Under the pieces are notes generated by a model. It was not told where the DNA came from. It made no database searches and saw only the letters and a program-made list of their open reading frames with translations. A stretch of 64,000 nucleotides of DNA from Octopus vulgaris (Eukaryota). Position 1 is the stretch's first letter. The number at the start of each line of letters is the position of its first letter. A program made the position numbers and the translations under genes. The DNA is taken from positions 98,022,001-98,086,000 of the forward strand of contig OX597818.1 in the NCBI GenBank assembly GCA_951406725.2, written 5' to 3'. Shown here one piece after another: positions 12,218-26,754 of this stretch.

Positions 12218-12597
12218 GAGGCGCGAGGCTTTGTGGTTAGGGTGTCAGCATCATGATCGTAATATTGTGGTTTCGATTCCTGGACCGGGCGACGCATTAT
12301 ATTCTTGAGCAAAACACTCAGATGGCAAAAATGAGTAACGCTACAATGGACTGGTGTCAGCTGAAGAACACATACGCCACAGACCAGCAGTCGCCCCCCT
12401 CCACGCCACCAGTGTTATCCAAGAGAAAGGCAAAGGTCGATATAGCTTGGCATCAGTGACGTCGCAACTGGAGCAACGTGAAATAAAGTGTCTTGTTCAA
12501 GAACACAACACACAGCCCGGTCCGGGATCCGAACTCATAACCTCACGATCGTAAGTAAGCTCGACGCTCTAACCACTGAGCCATTCGCCTTCACACG
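12216..12597. mobile_element. Two convergent SINE family C fragments (+ 12216-~12400; - ~12465-12597)
   Basis: tRNA heads with B-boxes (ggtttcgattcc; gagttcggatcc), homologous to 26755-27006. Confidence 0.7.
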
Positions 12598-12600
12598 TCA

Positions 12601-12602
12601 CT

Positions 12603-12671
<69 letters not shown>

Positions 12672-12679
12672 ACATATAT

Positions 12680-12771
<92 letters not shown>

Positions 12772-12837
12772 CACATACAAAATTATTATCGCAAGCATGC
12801 ACGCACACACACGTACATGCGCGTGCTGACATGCACT

Positions 12838-12878
<41 letters not shown>

Positions 12879-13507
12879 GTATATAAATATATATGTACAT
12901 ACATGGATGTGCGAGTGTGAGTGCGTGTCAGCACGCGCATGTACGTGTGTGTGCGTGTGCGTGTGCGTGTGTGTGCGTGCACGCTTGCGATAATAATTTT
13001 GTATGTGAATACGCATTAGTGAATTGCTGTACACCAACATAGCGAAAAACAATATTATTTCGGATGTGATTTATTATATAACCCGTCCCCCCCCCCAACC
13101 CCAATAACAAGCTAAAAAAATTTAAAACACCGAACTATATTGCACAAATAGAGTTATTTGTCATCCCGTTGTGTTAAATAGTCGCTGCTATATATTGCTG
13201 CACGAACACAATTACTTATGTACACACACACACACGCACGCACACACGCACGCACGCATATACGTACACACATACACACGCACATGTATGTAAAGACATA
13301 CATATTTGCATACACATCACACAAATATAAATTTAATTTTTTCCGAAAATTATTCTTCCACACACACACACACACACACGTGTGTGTGTGTTTGTGCGCA
13401 CACGCAAATACACACAGCATACGCGCGCCCGCTCACACAAGCATACTTTCGAACGCGTACAAAACACATACGCACACACACACACACACGCATACGCTTA
13501 CATATAC

Positions 13508-13563
<56 letters not shown>

Positions 13564-13795
13564 CACACGAACACACGCGCCTAGACACACCTACAGGCGC
13601 ACACACATACACATTCAGGCCAAACACACACGCATGCACACACTCACATATACACACACACACGCACATACACACACAACACATATACTCATAAGCACGC
13701 ATGAACATACATATAACACACAGCACACATACATGCATACACACACACGCACCACACACGCACACATACATACATCCACACATACACACGTCTAA
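12601..13795. repeat. CA/TA/GT compound microsatellite region
   Basis: Directly visible; explains all overlapping ORFs. Confidence 0.9.
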
Positions 13796-13829
13796 TATAA
13801 ACTGACCTTTGCTCGCTCATATTGATTTC

Positions 13830-14462
13830 TGGTTTTGTCACAAGGCCAGCAATGTTTGAGGAGGGGCGAAATCAATTACATCGACCCCAGTGATCCACTG
13901 CTACTTATTTCATCAACCCTGAAGGATAAAACATAATGTCGATCACTGCGAAATTTGAACTCAGAACGTAAAAACGAACGAAATACCGCTATGCATTTTG
14001 CGCGGCGTGCAAACGACTGTGCCAGCTCGCCGCCTTATTTCGCTCTTTTAGTTTGGTTTCAAATGTTGGCACAAGGCCAGTAATGCAGAGGGAGGCTCTA
14101 AATCGATTACATCGACCCAAGCGATCAATTAGTACTTATTCTATTGGCCGCGAAAGGATAAAAGGTAATATCGGCCTCTGTGAAATTCGAACTCGGAACG
14201 TAAAGGCGAAGAAATGCTGTTAAGCAATTTTTCCCGGCGTTCTAACGACTCTGACAACTAGCCGTCTTGTTTTGTCCTTTAATTTTTTCTTTATTGCCCA
14301 CAGGGGGCTAAACATAGAGGGGACTAACAAGGACAGACAAACGGATTAAGTCGATTACAGCGACCCAAGTGAGTAACTGACACTTATTTAAACGACCCCG
14401 AAAGGATGAAAGGCAAAATCGATCTCGGCGGAATTTGAACTCAGAACATAACGGCAGACAAA
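13830..14462 (-). mobile_element. Cluster of three co-oriented SINE family A copies
   Basis: Copies at ~13830-14036, ~14055-14270 and ~14288-14462. Confidence 0.85.
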
Positions 14463-14811
14463 ATTGCCCTTTCATATTGACAATAATCACATGCCTCTGC
14501 CTGCACCTTTTCACACTTCTTATTCGTTCCACCCAGTGCATCAGTATCACAATAACACCACTGATTGGACAAGAAAGACGTGAAGGATGTTTTTTCAAAC
14601 TAACCCACGTTAAATATTGTTGTAAAAGGTAGCCTAGTGCAAACAACTGCCCCCTCACCCCCATCAGACTCTGCGTATTTCACGATATCAACTTTGATAA
14701 ACAAAATCATGTGACGATGACGTACAGGCATACTTCAACTTACGTCGGTAAAAGGTCCTAAGACATGCGACGTTACTCGAAAACGATGTAACACGAAAAG
14801 AATTTTTAAAA

Positions 14812-15263
14812 GGCGTGGCTGTGTGGTAAGAAGCTTGTTTCCCAACCACATAGTCCCGGGTTCATTCCCACTGCATGGCATATTGGGTAAATGTCTTCAA
14901 CTATAGATCCGGGCGGAAACTGAGAGAAGCCCATTCTATATATGTGTATATGGGCAGCGAGCTGGCAGAAACGTTAGCGCGCCGGGCGAAATGCTTTGCG
15001 GTATTTCGTCTGCCGTTACGTTCTGAGTTCAAATTCTGCCGAGGTCGACTTTGCCTTTCATCCTTTCGGGGTCGATAAATAAAGTACCAGTTTCGCACTG
15101 GGGTCGATGTAATCGACTTAATCCGTTTGTCTGTCCTTGTTTGTGCCCTCTATGTTTAGCCCCTTGTGGGCAGTAAAGAAATATATATATATATCTATGC
15201 ATGTATATATTTATATATATATATATGCATGTATATATTTATGTATATATATATATATGCATG

Positions 15264-15295
<32 letters not shown>

Positions 15296-15542
15296 TATAT
15301 GCATGTATGTATATATTTATGTGTGTCATTGTGTTTGTGTTTGACCCCACTACCGCTCGACAACCGGTGTTGGTGTGCTTATGTCCCAGTAACTTAGTGG
15401 TTTAGCAAAAAGAGATCGATAGAATAAGTACAAGGCCATAAAAGACTTAGTCTTGGAGTCGATTTGTTCCACTACATACTCTTCAAGACGGTGCCCCAGT
15501 ATGGCCACAGTCAAATGACTGAAACAAGTAAAAGAATAAAAG
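14812..15542 (+). mobile_element. SINE B with a SINE A (14952-15182) nested in its internal microsatellite
   Basis: B head 14812-14935, A copy, TA tract, B tail 15320-15542. Confidence 0.85.
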
Positions 15543-15824
15543 ATGTCTATTTTAATAAATGGTCTATCATTTATATTTAATCTTTGAAGGGTTTTTGAAG
15601 GGTTTTTTCGAATAAATCGACCCCAGTACTTACTCTTTTTTTAAAGCCTGGTACTTATTGCGCAAGGCCGGGTATCTCTGCTAGTATCACATACACTTGT
15701 AAATGATAGGTGCTATACACTCGGACGTTTTGTAGAGGACGAAAACCAAGTTGATATGTCTGGTATAAGCTTTGTAATCAATGTAATACTGTGAAAACGC
15801 GGAGTCTTTTTCGTGTGATTAAAC

Positions 15825-16687
15825 TGGTGCTCCGTCTGTTACGACGACGAGGGTTCCAGTTGATCCGATCAACGGAACACCATGCTCGTGAAATTAACAT
15901 GCTAGTGGTTGAGCACGCCACAAACATACGTACTCATAATGCAGTTCTCAGCGTGACACAAAATGTGACGAAGCTGGCCCCTTTGAAATACAGATACTAT
16001 AAATTTTTTTCGGGTGAAATGCTTAACGGTATTTCGTCTGTCTTTACGTTCTGAGTTCAGATTCCGCCGAGGTCGACTTTGCCTTTCATCCTTTCGGAGT
16101 CGATAAATTAAGTACCAGTTGCATACTGGGTCGATGTAATCGATTTAATCCGTTTGTCTGTCCTTGTTTGTCCTCTCTGTGTTTAGCCCCTTGTGGGTAG
16201 TAAAAAAATAAATATTTCGTCTGCCGTTACGTTTTGAGTTCAAATTCCGCCGAGGTCAGCTTTGCCTTTCATCCTTTCGGGGTCGATTAAATAAGTACCA
16301 GTTACACACTGGGGTCGATATAATCGACTTAATCCCTTTGTCCTTGTTTGTACTCTCTGTGTTTAACCCCTTGTGGGTAGTAAAGAAATAGGTATTTCGA
16401 CTGCCGTTACGTTCTGAGTTCAACTTTGCCTTTCATCCAGTCGGGGTCGTTAAATTAAGTACGAATTACGCAGGGGGTCGATGTAATCGGCTTAATCAGT
16501 TTGTCTGTCATTGTTTGTCCCCTCTATGTTTAGCTCTTTGTGGGCAATAAAGAAATAAGATACTATTCATTTTTGTCAGTTGGGTGGACTGGAGCAACGT
16601 GAAATAAAGAGCCATGCTCAAGGCCAGAGGCACTGCTGGGAATCGAACTGTCGAATACTCTAGCCACTAAGCCACATTCCTTCACAT
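15825..16687 (-). mobile_element. SINE family C interrupted by a tandem SINE A array
   Basis: Tail 15825-16000 is the reverse complement of 56728-56910; head at 16567-16687; agatactat duplicated at 15992 and 16558. Confidence 0.8.
16010..16557 (+). mobile_element. SINE family A tandem trimer
   Basis: Three ~175-185 bp body+tail units, each starting at tatttcgtctg (16030, 16213, 16393). Confidence 0.9.
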
Positions 16688-16955
16688 GTGATTATACAGA
16701 CAGGAAAATTACATTTATGAGCTCTATGTAAGTTTGACAATGTAATAGTCGTTTGTGCTTCCGGTATGACTAAACCCTGAGTTATTCTGCTCTATCTCCA
16801 GATACAGCAAACTAACTTGTTTGTTATAGGTGTCATTTCATTGTAATATCGATTTTGTTCACCAGTTTCGTAGAAAACAATGTTATGTATGAGATCTAAG
16901 AAATAATAGTAATAAAAAGAAACGCCATGAGGTGTTGTTATAATCATAACAGTTG

Positions 16956-17600
16956 TTAGCGTGTAGGTGTGCATGTGAATGTGGGTGTTTGTGCGCATGT
17001 GTGTGTGGTTGTGTGTGTATGTAACAGTGTTGGGAGGTCTACGTGCGTGGGAGACATTGGATGTGTGAGAGTAAAAGTTAGAATGTGTGCATGTTGTGCG
17101 TGCGTGCGTGTGTATGTATGCGTATGTGTGCGTGTATGTGTGTATGTGCGTGTTTGTGTGTGTGTGTGTGTGGTACATGTGCGCGCGTGTGTATGTGTGT
17201 TTTGTGCATGTGTATGTGTGTGATGTATGTAGCGTGTGTGCATGTATGCGAGAATTATTGTGTAATGGTATGTTTAAAATGCGTGTGTGTATGAATGTGT
17301 GTTTATGTGTGTATCAATGTGTGTGTGAGTGTGTTTGTGTGTGTATGTATCAGTGTGGTGTATGTAGTGAGCATGTGTGCATGTATGCGAGAATTATTGT
17401 GTAATGGTGTGTTTAAAAAGCGTGTGTGCATGAATGTGTGTGCATGTGTGTGTTTATGTGTGTATGTGTGTGTGTCTCTGTGTGTGTGTCTGTGTGTGTG
17501 CATGAGCGAGAATCTCAATATGTGTGAAATGTATGTGTAGGCAAAATGCGTATGTATGCTAAAGAAAGAATGCACATGTATCTATATATATGTATATATG
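16956..17600. repeat. Cryptic (TG)-rich repeat with a ~139-bp internal duplication
   Basis: catgtatgcgagaattattgtgtaatggt at 17241 and 17380. Confidence 0.85.
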
Positions 17601-18149
17601 TCACGTATGTAATATATACGACTGCAATGTGTATACGTAGAGGAGAAAAGGGTGTGTGTGTGAATTTGAGGTTCGCTTGTTTATAACTTCTCCGCTTTCT
17701 TTATTTTGACCACAGTTATGAGTAGCTTCAATATCCGGGAGGAAATTCGGCCCACATTGAAGGTTGTTGTCAAAAGCTTCGCAATCACAACTGTGAGACA
17801 GATTTTGGCCCTAATAGGATGAGGGCTATGAATCATGTAATAAAAGCTACTACGTGCACACTCGAGTTACTGAATCAAGTATTCTATGGTGGGTGAGCAC
17901 GCAGTGGTGATAGAAGTAGTGTACGAATGCAAGCGAAATGGATGGATAAATGTGTGGATGCGAACGGGTTGACGAGCAAGAAGAGAAGGAACATGGAGAA
18001 GGATTAAAGATGGCGATGAACTATAAATTTGGTTTGGAACTCAGTATTCAGCAATACTGCCTGAGTGTGTAGATGAGCATGCACATGAGTGAATAAGTAC
18101 ATTTGTTTTTGTTAGGATATGCCGTAGGCAGCTTCTACATACTTGCATA

Positions 18150-18340
<191 letters not shown>

Positions 18341-18359
18341 GTACATCTATTCTTTTTAT

Positions 18360-18571
18360 TCTTTTATTCTTTTATTTGTTTCAGTCATTTGACTGCGGCC
18401 ATGCTGGAGCACCGACTTTAGCAGAGCAAATCGACCCCAAGACTTATTCTTTGTAAGCCTAGTACATATTCTATCGGTCTCTTTCGCCGAACCGCTAAGT
18501 TAGGGGGACGTAAACACACCAGCATCGATTGTCAAGCGATGTTGGGGGGGGGGACAAACACAGACACAAAA

Positions 18572-18625
<54 letters not shown>

Positions 18626-18765
18626 GACGGGCTTCTTTCAGTTTCTATCAACCAAATCCACTCACAAGGCTTTGGTCGGCCCGAGGCTATAGTAGTAGAC
18701 ACTTACCCAAGGTGCCACGCAGTGGGACTGAACCCGGAACCATGTGGTTTGTAAGCAAGCCATGC
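18360..18765 (-). mobile_element. SINE family B
   Basis: Reverse complement of the family B sequence. Confidence 0.9.
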
Positions 18766-18789
18766 GGCTGCGGTCATGCTGGAGCACCT

Positions 18790-19800
18790 CTGTGGTCCTT
18801 CTGATTTCCGCAGCCGGGGTCGTTTCACATCACCATTCCTGTACGTGCCTCTGTCCCAGCTGTTGGTTCGTCCGGTATTGTGGAGATTTAGGATGTCTAG
18901 TTCCTTTTTGAAGACATCTACTTCCATTTTATGTAGATTTCTTAATTTTTGTTGCAGGGAATTGAAGAGCCGTGGTCCTTTGAACCCTAGACTGTTGCAG
19001 TACCAGGTCTTGAATTCAGATGGAGTGGATGGAACCTTTGGTACAATACAATGGCGGCCAGTTCTGGCATTTGTATAACACTGAATGCCGAAATTAGGTA
19101 CTAGCCCTTCTAGAGTTTTCCATATGTAGATTATTGCATATCTTTCATTCTTTTGCTTCAGGGAGTAAAGCTGCGGTTTTCTCAGCCTATCCCTGTAGCT
19201 CATCCGCAGCACTGTTTCAGTCTTTTTAGTATATTGACGCTGGACTGCTTCAAGCTCCGCTGTTAGTTTGGTACTATGTGGTGACCATAACTGGGAGCAG
19301 TAGTCCAGGCGGTTGAGAATAAAGGTTTTCCACGGGGTCAACATAGTTTCTTGGTCTCTTGTCTTGAAGGACCTCAGTATCGATCCTGCTAGTTGTCTGC
19401 ACTTTGCTGCTATCTTGGTAATATGCATATAAAATGATGCGTCATTGCACATACTGATCCCTAAGTCTTTCACTGCCTGTGATTCTGAGTTTGTAATGCT
19501 TTCAGGTCCTGCATTTGCAGGCTGTAGTGCATTCGGGAGTTGATAGTGCAGTCCTCGAAATTTTCCAGCATTAAACTGCTTGTTGTTTATTTCGGCCCAC
19601 TTTTATATCGAATTCATGTCCCGCTGTAAGCTTGTGACTTCATCTTGGTTTTTTGTCGCCTGTAATAATTTTGTATCTTCGGCATAGCTGGTGATAGTGG
19701 CTGTCCGAGTGACCATGGGCATGTCTAAAAGGGTTGTTATGAACAGTAATGACCCCAGATCAGCTCCCTGGGGGACGCCACTTACGATTTGAGTTTCCTC
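18790..19800 (-). mobile_element. CR1-clade LINE, 5'-truncated RT and C-terminal region
   Basis: VSGVPQGADLGSLLF..SYAEDTKL..KWAE..FNAGKF..KDLGI..RLDYCSQLWSP..LEAVQRQYTK (ORFs 19603-20058 and 18703-19473). Confidence 0.9.
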
Positions 19801-19805
19801 AAATT

Positions 19806-19909
<104 letters not shown>

Positions 19910-19955
19910 TGTGTGCGTGTGTGTGCGTGTGTGTGTGTATCTTCACAAAAGTTTG

Positions 19956-20200
19956 TGGAGGCGGGTAGCTTAGTGGTTAGGGATGTTGGACTCATTATCA
20001 TAAGACTGTGGTTTCGATTCCTAGCCCGGGAATACGTTGTATTTTTTGAGGAAAACACTTCGTTTCAGGTTGTTCCACCACGCTCAGCCAACAAATGTGC
20101 GAAATCTTGCGACAGAGGTCCCATCCTATGGGGAATGTATGTACCACGGAAATCGGAGAGCCGGCCCTCTGAGTTTATATGACTTAGGAAAGATCTTTAT
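19956..20200 (+). mobile_element. Diverged SINE family C
   Basis: ggaggcgggtagcttagtggttaggg..ggtttcgattcc head. Confidence 0.75.
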
Positions 20201-20213
20201 CCTGTTATATATA

Positions 20214-21673
20214 CAGCCTTGGCCAAAATTATTAGGCCACCCAATGTTTTGGAGTTCTGCTATCTCGATGTTAATGAAACTCGTGCACATGGTAGATCAT
20301 GGTATATTTCACAATATGCATTAGTTTTAATATCTGGTTGACCCTCCTTTAGCATCAGTTTCTGTTTTTATACTGTATTGTACATAAGCAACCAATTATG
20401 AGTAAGACCAACGTCCAAAATTAACTTATGTTTTCTTGATTATTTCAGAGTTTATGCTTACATTGTAGATATGTAAAATGCCTAAAACAAGGGAGTTGAG
20501 TGAGTGTGAGTGAAGTCAAATCGTAGCTCATCATGAAGAGGGAATGTCTCAAAGGCAAATTGCTCAGGAGATGTGTAGTGCGAACGACTCTCAAGTACTT
20601 CAGAGAGACAAAAGATGTGAAGACAATACAAAGAACAAGCAGGAAAAAAGGTTACATCACCGTCAGTCACTCAGAAACAGAAGAAAAACATTGTCTGTGC
20701 AGACTTCAACAAGGCAAGTACTTCACAAATATCAACTAGAACTGTAAGAAGAAGGCTTGTAGAGTACGATCTCAAAGGCTGTAAAACCAAGAAAAAGACA
20801 TGGGTTTTTGAAGGGAATATGGAACACATCTTCAGTGGGCCAAAAACCACTCAAATTGAACCAGTGGGCAATGGTCAAAAGTCATATGGTCTGATGAAAG
20901 TAACTATGAGATAAGATAGTACATGTATTCAATAAACATATAAACTTAATGTAACTGGTTTGTTGCCCAAAATATATAAAAAAAGTATCCAACATGAAGC
21001 CAATATTATTTTTCATGTTTTTACTCAGGTTTTCAATACATCTGGGGCAACTTTCGTACATTGCAGTGTTGGGGAAGCATTTAACGCTGAATGTCTGGTA
21101 TCAACTGTAAAACATGGGAGTGGTTCTATCATGGTGGGGCCTGCATGTCTGACACGGGATCCGGAGGAATGTTTTCATGTTAAGGAAGGAGAAATTCAGC
21201 TACCTATGTTTCTATGTTATCAGATGTTTTAGAGCCATCAATTGCTAAATTGCATTCAGGAGTGTCAAAAAACAGTGTTATCTTTCAACAGGACAATGCT
21301 TCCTGTCATACAGAAAAGAATACTCAACAATGGTTTGAGACACAGGGTATTGTTCCCATCTACATCCGATCGAACACCTATGGGCAACTTTTGGAGAAGC
21401 TATCAGGAACACAAAAATTAAAAATAAAGAGCATTTGTACTAAAAGTTGAGAGAAGAATGGAGTAAAATTGCGCCTAGCAACTGCAAGCAACTGGTTGAT
21501 TCAATGCCTAACCGTATAAAAGCAGTAATTGAGGCTAAATGAGGGTCAACCAGATATTAAAACTAATGTACATTGAAATATACCATAAGATATTATGTGC
21601 ACGAGTTTCATTAACATTGAGATAGCAGAACCCCAAAAACATTTGGGTGGCCTTATACTTTTGGCCAAGGCAG
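20214..21673 (+). mobile_element. Tc1-like transposon with long (>=140 bp) TIRs and a decayed, intron-containing transposase
   Basis: 20214-~20352 is the reverse complement of ~21534-21673, flanked by TA. MPKTRELSE.., VIWSDESNYE, TVKHGSGSIMV, IFQQDNASCHT, LVDSMPNRIKAVIEAK. Confidence 0.9.
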
Positions 21674-21684
21674 TATATATTACT

Positions 21685-21870
21685 AATATAGGAACAAGGC
21701 CTGATATTCTGGAGGAGGAAGTTAGTCGATTACAATGACTCACCAATGCTCGACTTGTCAACCCTGAAAGGATGGAAGGCAAAGTTGATCTGGGCAGAAT
21801 TTGAACTCAGAACGAAAGGCGAAATACTGCTAAGCATATTATCCGCCGTTATCGTTTCTCCCAGCTCACC
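21685..21870 (-). mobile_element. Diverged SINE family A
   Basis: gaaaggatggaaggcaaagttga..gaatttgaactcagaacg. Confidence 0.75.
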
Positions 21871-21884
21871 TATACATACATACA

Positions 21885-22440
21885 TGGTGGCTGCCCCCTC
21901 GTTATCAAGTATGCCCATTGCACGAAGCTTAATCAATGTTGTTATCGTGCAATGCCTGTGCAAGAAGATTTTTTTTAAAGTGAGGAAAGGCTGTGCACTG
22001 AGTCAATCCCACTCACTAAGCAACAACAACCATAATCCGAAAAGAAGAACAAGTCAACATCATCGGAAACCACTGAGCCGCAGGTTTTATGTCGGAGTTA
22101 TCTCAGTTACCTGAGTTACCTTCTCCTAGAAGGATGCCCTAACAAAGGATGGGAGTCCTTCACTCCCAATAGTTTAATCGCGCGATCGGTTATTCAGTCC
22201 GATTATTTCTATGTCCCCGCGCATGATACAGCCTTAAGACATTTATTGGATGGCCGTTGACTCTCAAGAGTTCCTTCGCCCTTTGACAGGTTTTGTTTTT
22301 CATCCCGCAGGGTCTCCAATAAACACCCTCCTCACCAAGCAAGCTTGGTGGGGTTGCCGGTTTAGTCGCCGATGATCCGACCATGCAACATGCTGTACTG
22401 GGTTACATGTTACCAGTAGCACTCGAAAGTGGCCTGGCAT
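21885..22440 (-). mobile_element. Probable RTE-clade LINE 5' UTR fragment
   Basis: GC-richer segment between microsatellites. Motifs ccccacca..tggtgaggaggg, ctaggagaaggtaactc and cagcctttcctcactttaaaa recall RTE/BovB-type 5' UTRs (recalled, not aligned). Confidence 0.45.
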
Positions 22441-22470
22441 ACACATACATACATACATACATACATACAT

Positions 22471-23190
<720 letters not shown>

Positions 23191-23254
23191 TACTGGGTTA
23201 CTATTGTAATTTTCTGTCAATTGAATAAAAAATAATGCTAAGAAGTTTTCTTCC

Positions 23255-23640
23255 TAATAGCGTAGTTCAGAGTTCAGTCCCGCCGTGTGACACATTTGAG
23301 GAAACGTCTTCTTTCATAACCTCGAGCTGACCAAAGACTTGTGAGTTAATTTGGTAGGCGAAAACTGTAAGAAATTCGTCGTATACATATATATACGTAT
23401 ACATGTGTGTGAGTGCATGCGTGCATGCGTGTGTGTGCGTCCGTGCGTGTGTGTGTGCATCCGTGCGTGTGCTCGTGCGTGCGCATATGTGTGTGTGCGT
23501 ACGTGTGTGTGTGTGCTTGTGTGTGTATCTATGTATGTCTTTGGTTTTTGTCTGTCCGCCACTAGCGCTTGATAACCGGTACTGGTTTGTTGATTTGTTT
23601 CCGTCCCCGTAACTTTGCGGATCGGCAAAAGTGGCTTGTA
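23255..23640 (+). mobile_element. Diverged SINE family B
   Basis: gagttcagtccc head, internal GT repeat, cgcttgataaccggt tail. Confidence 0.7.
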
Positions 23641-23799
23641 GAACAATCTCTCTCTCTCTCTCTCGCGCGCGCTCTTTCTCTCTCTCTCTCACATACGCCT
23701 ACACACACAAAGCTTGTCTTCAGGCAGAGGGTGTGACTAAGACTCGCTTTAACATTGATATATGATAACACTGTGTCATCATAATAACTGCTTCACCCT

Positions 23800-23858
23800 C
23801 GTTGTCGCCGTCGTCGTCGTCGTCGTCGTCGTCCTCCTCCTCCTCCTCCTCCTCCTCC

Positions 23859-23893
<35 letters not shown>
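23800..23893. repeat. (GTC)n(CTC)n(ATC)n compound trinucleotide repeat
   Basis: Directly visible. Confidence 0.95.
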
Positions 23894-23895
<2 letters not shown>

Positions 23896-24445
23896 TATGA
23901 ATACCGTTATCGTTTGTCCGGCTAAACTCTTCAAGGTAATGCCCCAGCATGGCCACAGTCCAATGACTGACAAGTAAAATATAAAAGTTACCCCTGTATG
24001 ATGTTCTGTTTCTCCTGCCAAGACGTCTCTGGTATGTTGTCGCTGCTTTTCTCATCCTAGCTGAATGACACGTACTAATATTCTTTGTCTCCCTGTCATG
24101 TATTCCTTTTGTGTCGGCCATACCACCTACATTTTCGGAAAATCTACAATTTAGATATTTGTGTTTCGTAACTTTTTGTATGTTTTCGTATATTTACTTA
24201 TTGTCAACCTGTCCTGTCACTCCTTAAGTGAGCAATCCTGTTTTCCATCCATCCATCTATCCAGCCATCCATATACGCACGCGTGTGTGCGCGTGTATAA
24301 CAAAACAAAAATATAAGCTGGAAGACAACAGATATCAAGTCATATTATAATATAGTTATACTAATACTGATATATAAATATATAAATATATAAATATATA
24401 TCTATTTATATAAATAGAGAAAAACCAATATATATATATAAATGA

Positions 24446-24489
<44 letters not shown>

Positions 24490-24491
<2 letters not shown>

Positions 24492-24685
24492 AGTTAATCC
24501 AAACATGAAAACACAACAATGCGAGGACGTGAAATAAGTATAGTGCTATTGGACACCCAGGAAAGGAAAGAAAGAAGGACTTAACGTTTCGAGCGGAACT
24601 CTTCATCAGAAATATAAAAAAAGGAAAGATCCAAGGAAGGGAAAACGGAGGAAAAAATCGCCAACGATACACACGCGGTTACATA
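24490..24685 (-). mobile_element. Solo Penelope-like pseudo-LTR remnant in (TA)n
   Basis: Homologous to 39945-40160 and to 51476-51660 (which lies 3' of a GIY-YIG ORF); carries an HHR. Confidence 0.7.
24579..24613 (-). ncRNA. Minimal type I hammerhead ribozyme motif
   Basis: ATTT-CTGATGA-A-GAG(TTCCG)CTC-GAAAC-GTT-AAGT; self-complementary AACGTT stem III. Confidence 0.75.
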
Positions 24686-24699
24686 TAAATGAATATATA

Positions 24700-24735
<36 letters not shown>

Positions 24736-25882
24736 TGTATGTATGTATGTATGTATGTATATATGTATATATAGCAGAATATCAAGAAAAGTCACAACTG
24801 AGGAGAGTACTTAATAGCTGTGATAAGGATAATGTAATAAGGAAGTCCATAGTTTCATACGATATACTTTGGTAGGTAGACGAACAGTGTTGCACGTAAT
24901 TGACTTAGAAATCAGAGATACGTTCTTTACAGCTATTTCCAGAATGATTGGGTAATTGGTGCAGTTTTGTGCATGTCGCCTGCATCGAAACTTTGTTGTG
25001 TCCTGTTCTATTTCTGTATCTATCACTTTATGCTTCCTCTTACGACGTCTCATAGCTATCCACCTATATTCATCTAATCCGCATTCAACAGTGATCCTCA
25101 TGCTTGCTTCATAAAGCTGTAGTTCTTATTCCATATCAAAAATGTATCTTTGGCTCCAAACCGCCATTGATACTATATTCTGCAATGCCATATTTCCCAC
25201 ACACCTAAAAGAGTATTTTCGCTATAGATCATGCTCCCCTTCCTGCCCCCACCCCACCACCCAAAAGCGAATAATGACTTTTTCATTGTTATCTCTCTTC
25301 CATATCTCTACTTCGCCCATCATGAAAACAATGGTCTTTGCTCCTCTACAATTTCCGAATGCATAACAGCTACTCGAAAACCCACAAATTTAAACCACTT
25401 TCCCCTCATTACCACATCCATATTTTAAAATCTAACTATAAGTAGACATCACAAGATGGACTAGTTCGCAGCTGCATGCAGTGAGAGTACTGTTAAATTT
25501 ACGAATGATACAGTCGCTCACTGGGCCTAACGCTGAATGATTGTAGTCTCACAGCATGGCTTTTACGGTCTCCTTGTTGGAGGCGTTGTTTGTGGTATTC
25601 GTATGACATGGTTTCACGGTTCCGTCTGTGATGGAGGCACGATAGGGTTTGTCATCGAGGGTTAGTGGATTACGGTAACGGTGGTAATGGAGGGGTTAAT
25701 ACTTCCAAAAGTACTTGCACTTTCTAAGGGTTACTTCTGTTTCAGTTCTGCACCGATGCCTGTCGAAGAATCAAGTTATAATTAAATATAATTCGGAAGT
25801 GAACCACTCCTTGTATTTCATGGGAACTCGCTGCTCCCAATCAGGATGAAAAATAACTATATATAACGACAGAAATAGAAAC

Positions 25883-26494
25883 ATGTGTGTGTGTGTGTGT
25901 GTGTGTATGTGTGTGTGTGTGTGTGTGTGTGTATGTGGCCGTGTGTTTCTATATTTATGCGAGTCGCGTTCGTGTATGTGCATATGTGTATTCTTGTGTG
26001 TGCTTGTTATGCGCTTGTTTGTTTATATATATATATATAAATAAGGAACACATACACATACATATAAGTATACATGTGACTATATTTGTAAAACGTATAC
26101 ATGTACATATACACATATACATACACGCATATACACACACATACATACATACATACATACATACATACATACATACATACATACATACATACATACATAC
26201 ATACATACATTCTTACATTCATACACATACACCTACTTATTTGACGACAAAAAGTAACCGCATATCTGTAGGTTTATATATAATTTCATACTAATATTTA
26301 TAGCGCATGACTCATAAACAGAACGACCCAATCTCAGCATTAGTTCTGGGCCCCTACATACGCCTAAATATTATTACATACTTGCTCATCATTAATTAGA
26401 AGAAGCTATGATACCGCGAGGTATCTTCTGCTAACCCGATTGGGCTTTTTACTACTCGCCGTTAAGGCATGAATGAGAAAGATACATATACGCA

Positions 26495-26574
<80 letters not shown>

Positions 26575-26592
26575 CACAGACACAGACATACA

Positions 26593-26665
<73 letters not shown>
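25883..26665. repeat. GT/ATAC/CA microsatellite blocks
   Basis: Directly visible. Confidence 0.9.
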
Positions 26666-26668
<3 letters not shown>

Positions 26669-26754
26669 TGAAAAAAATCATTAAAAGGCTGACAATAGAT
26701 ATCAGGTCATATTATAACAAAATATTACCAATACACCACTATATAAAAAGAAAG

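Noticed and set aside
16010-16557. CRISPR-like regularly spaced repeats
   Set aside because: The units are entire SINE bodies without unique spacers; eukaryotic context and no cas genes.
24790-25860. Unique-looking stretch with short ORFs
   Set aside because: No recognisable domain or termini; probably an old unclassified repeat.
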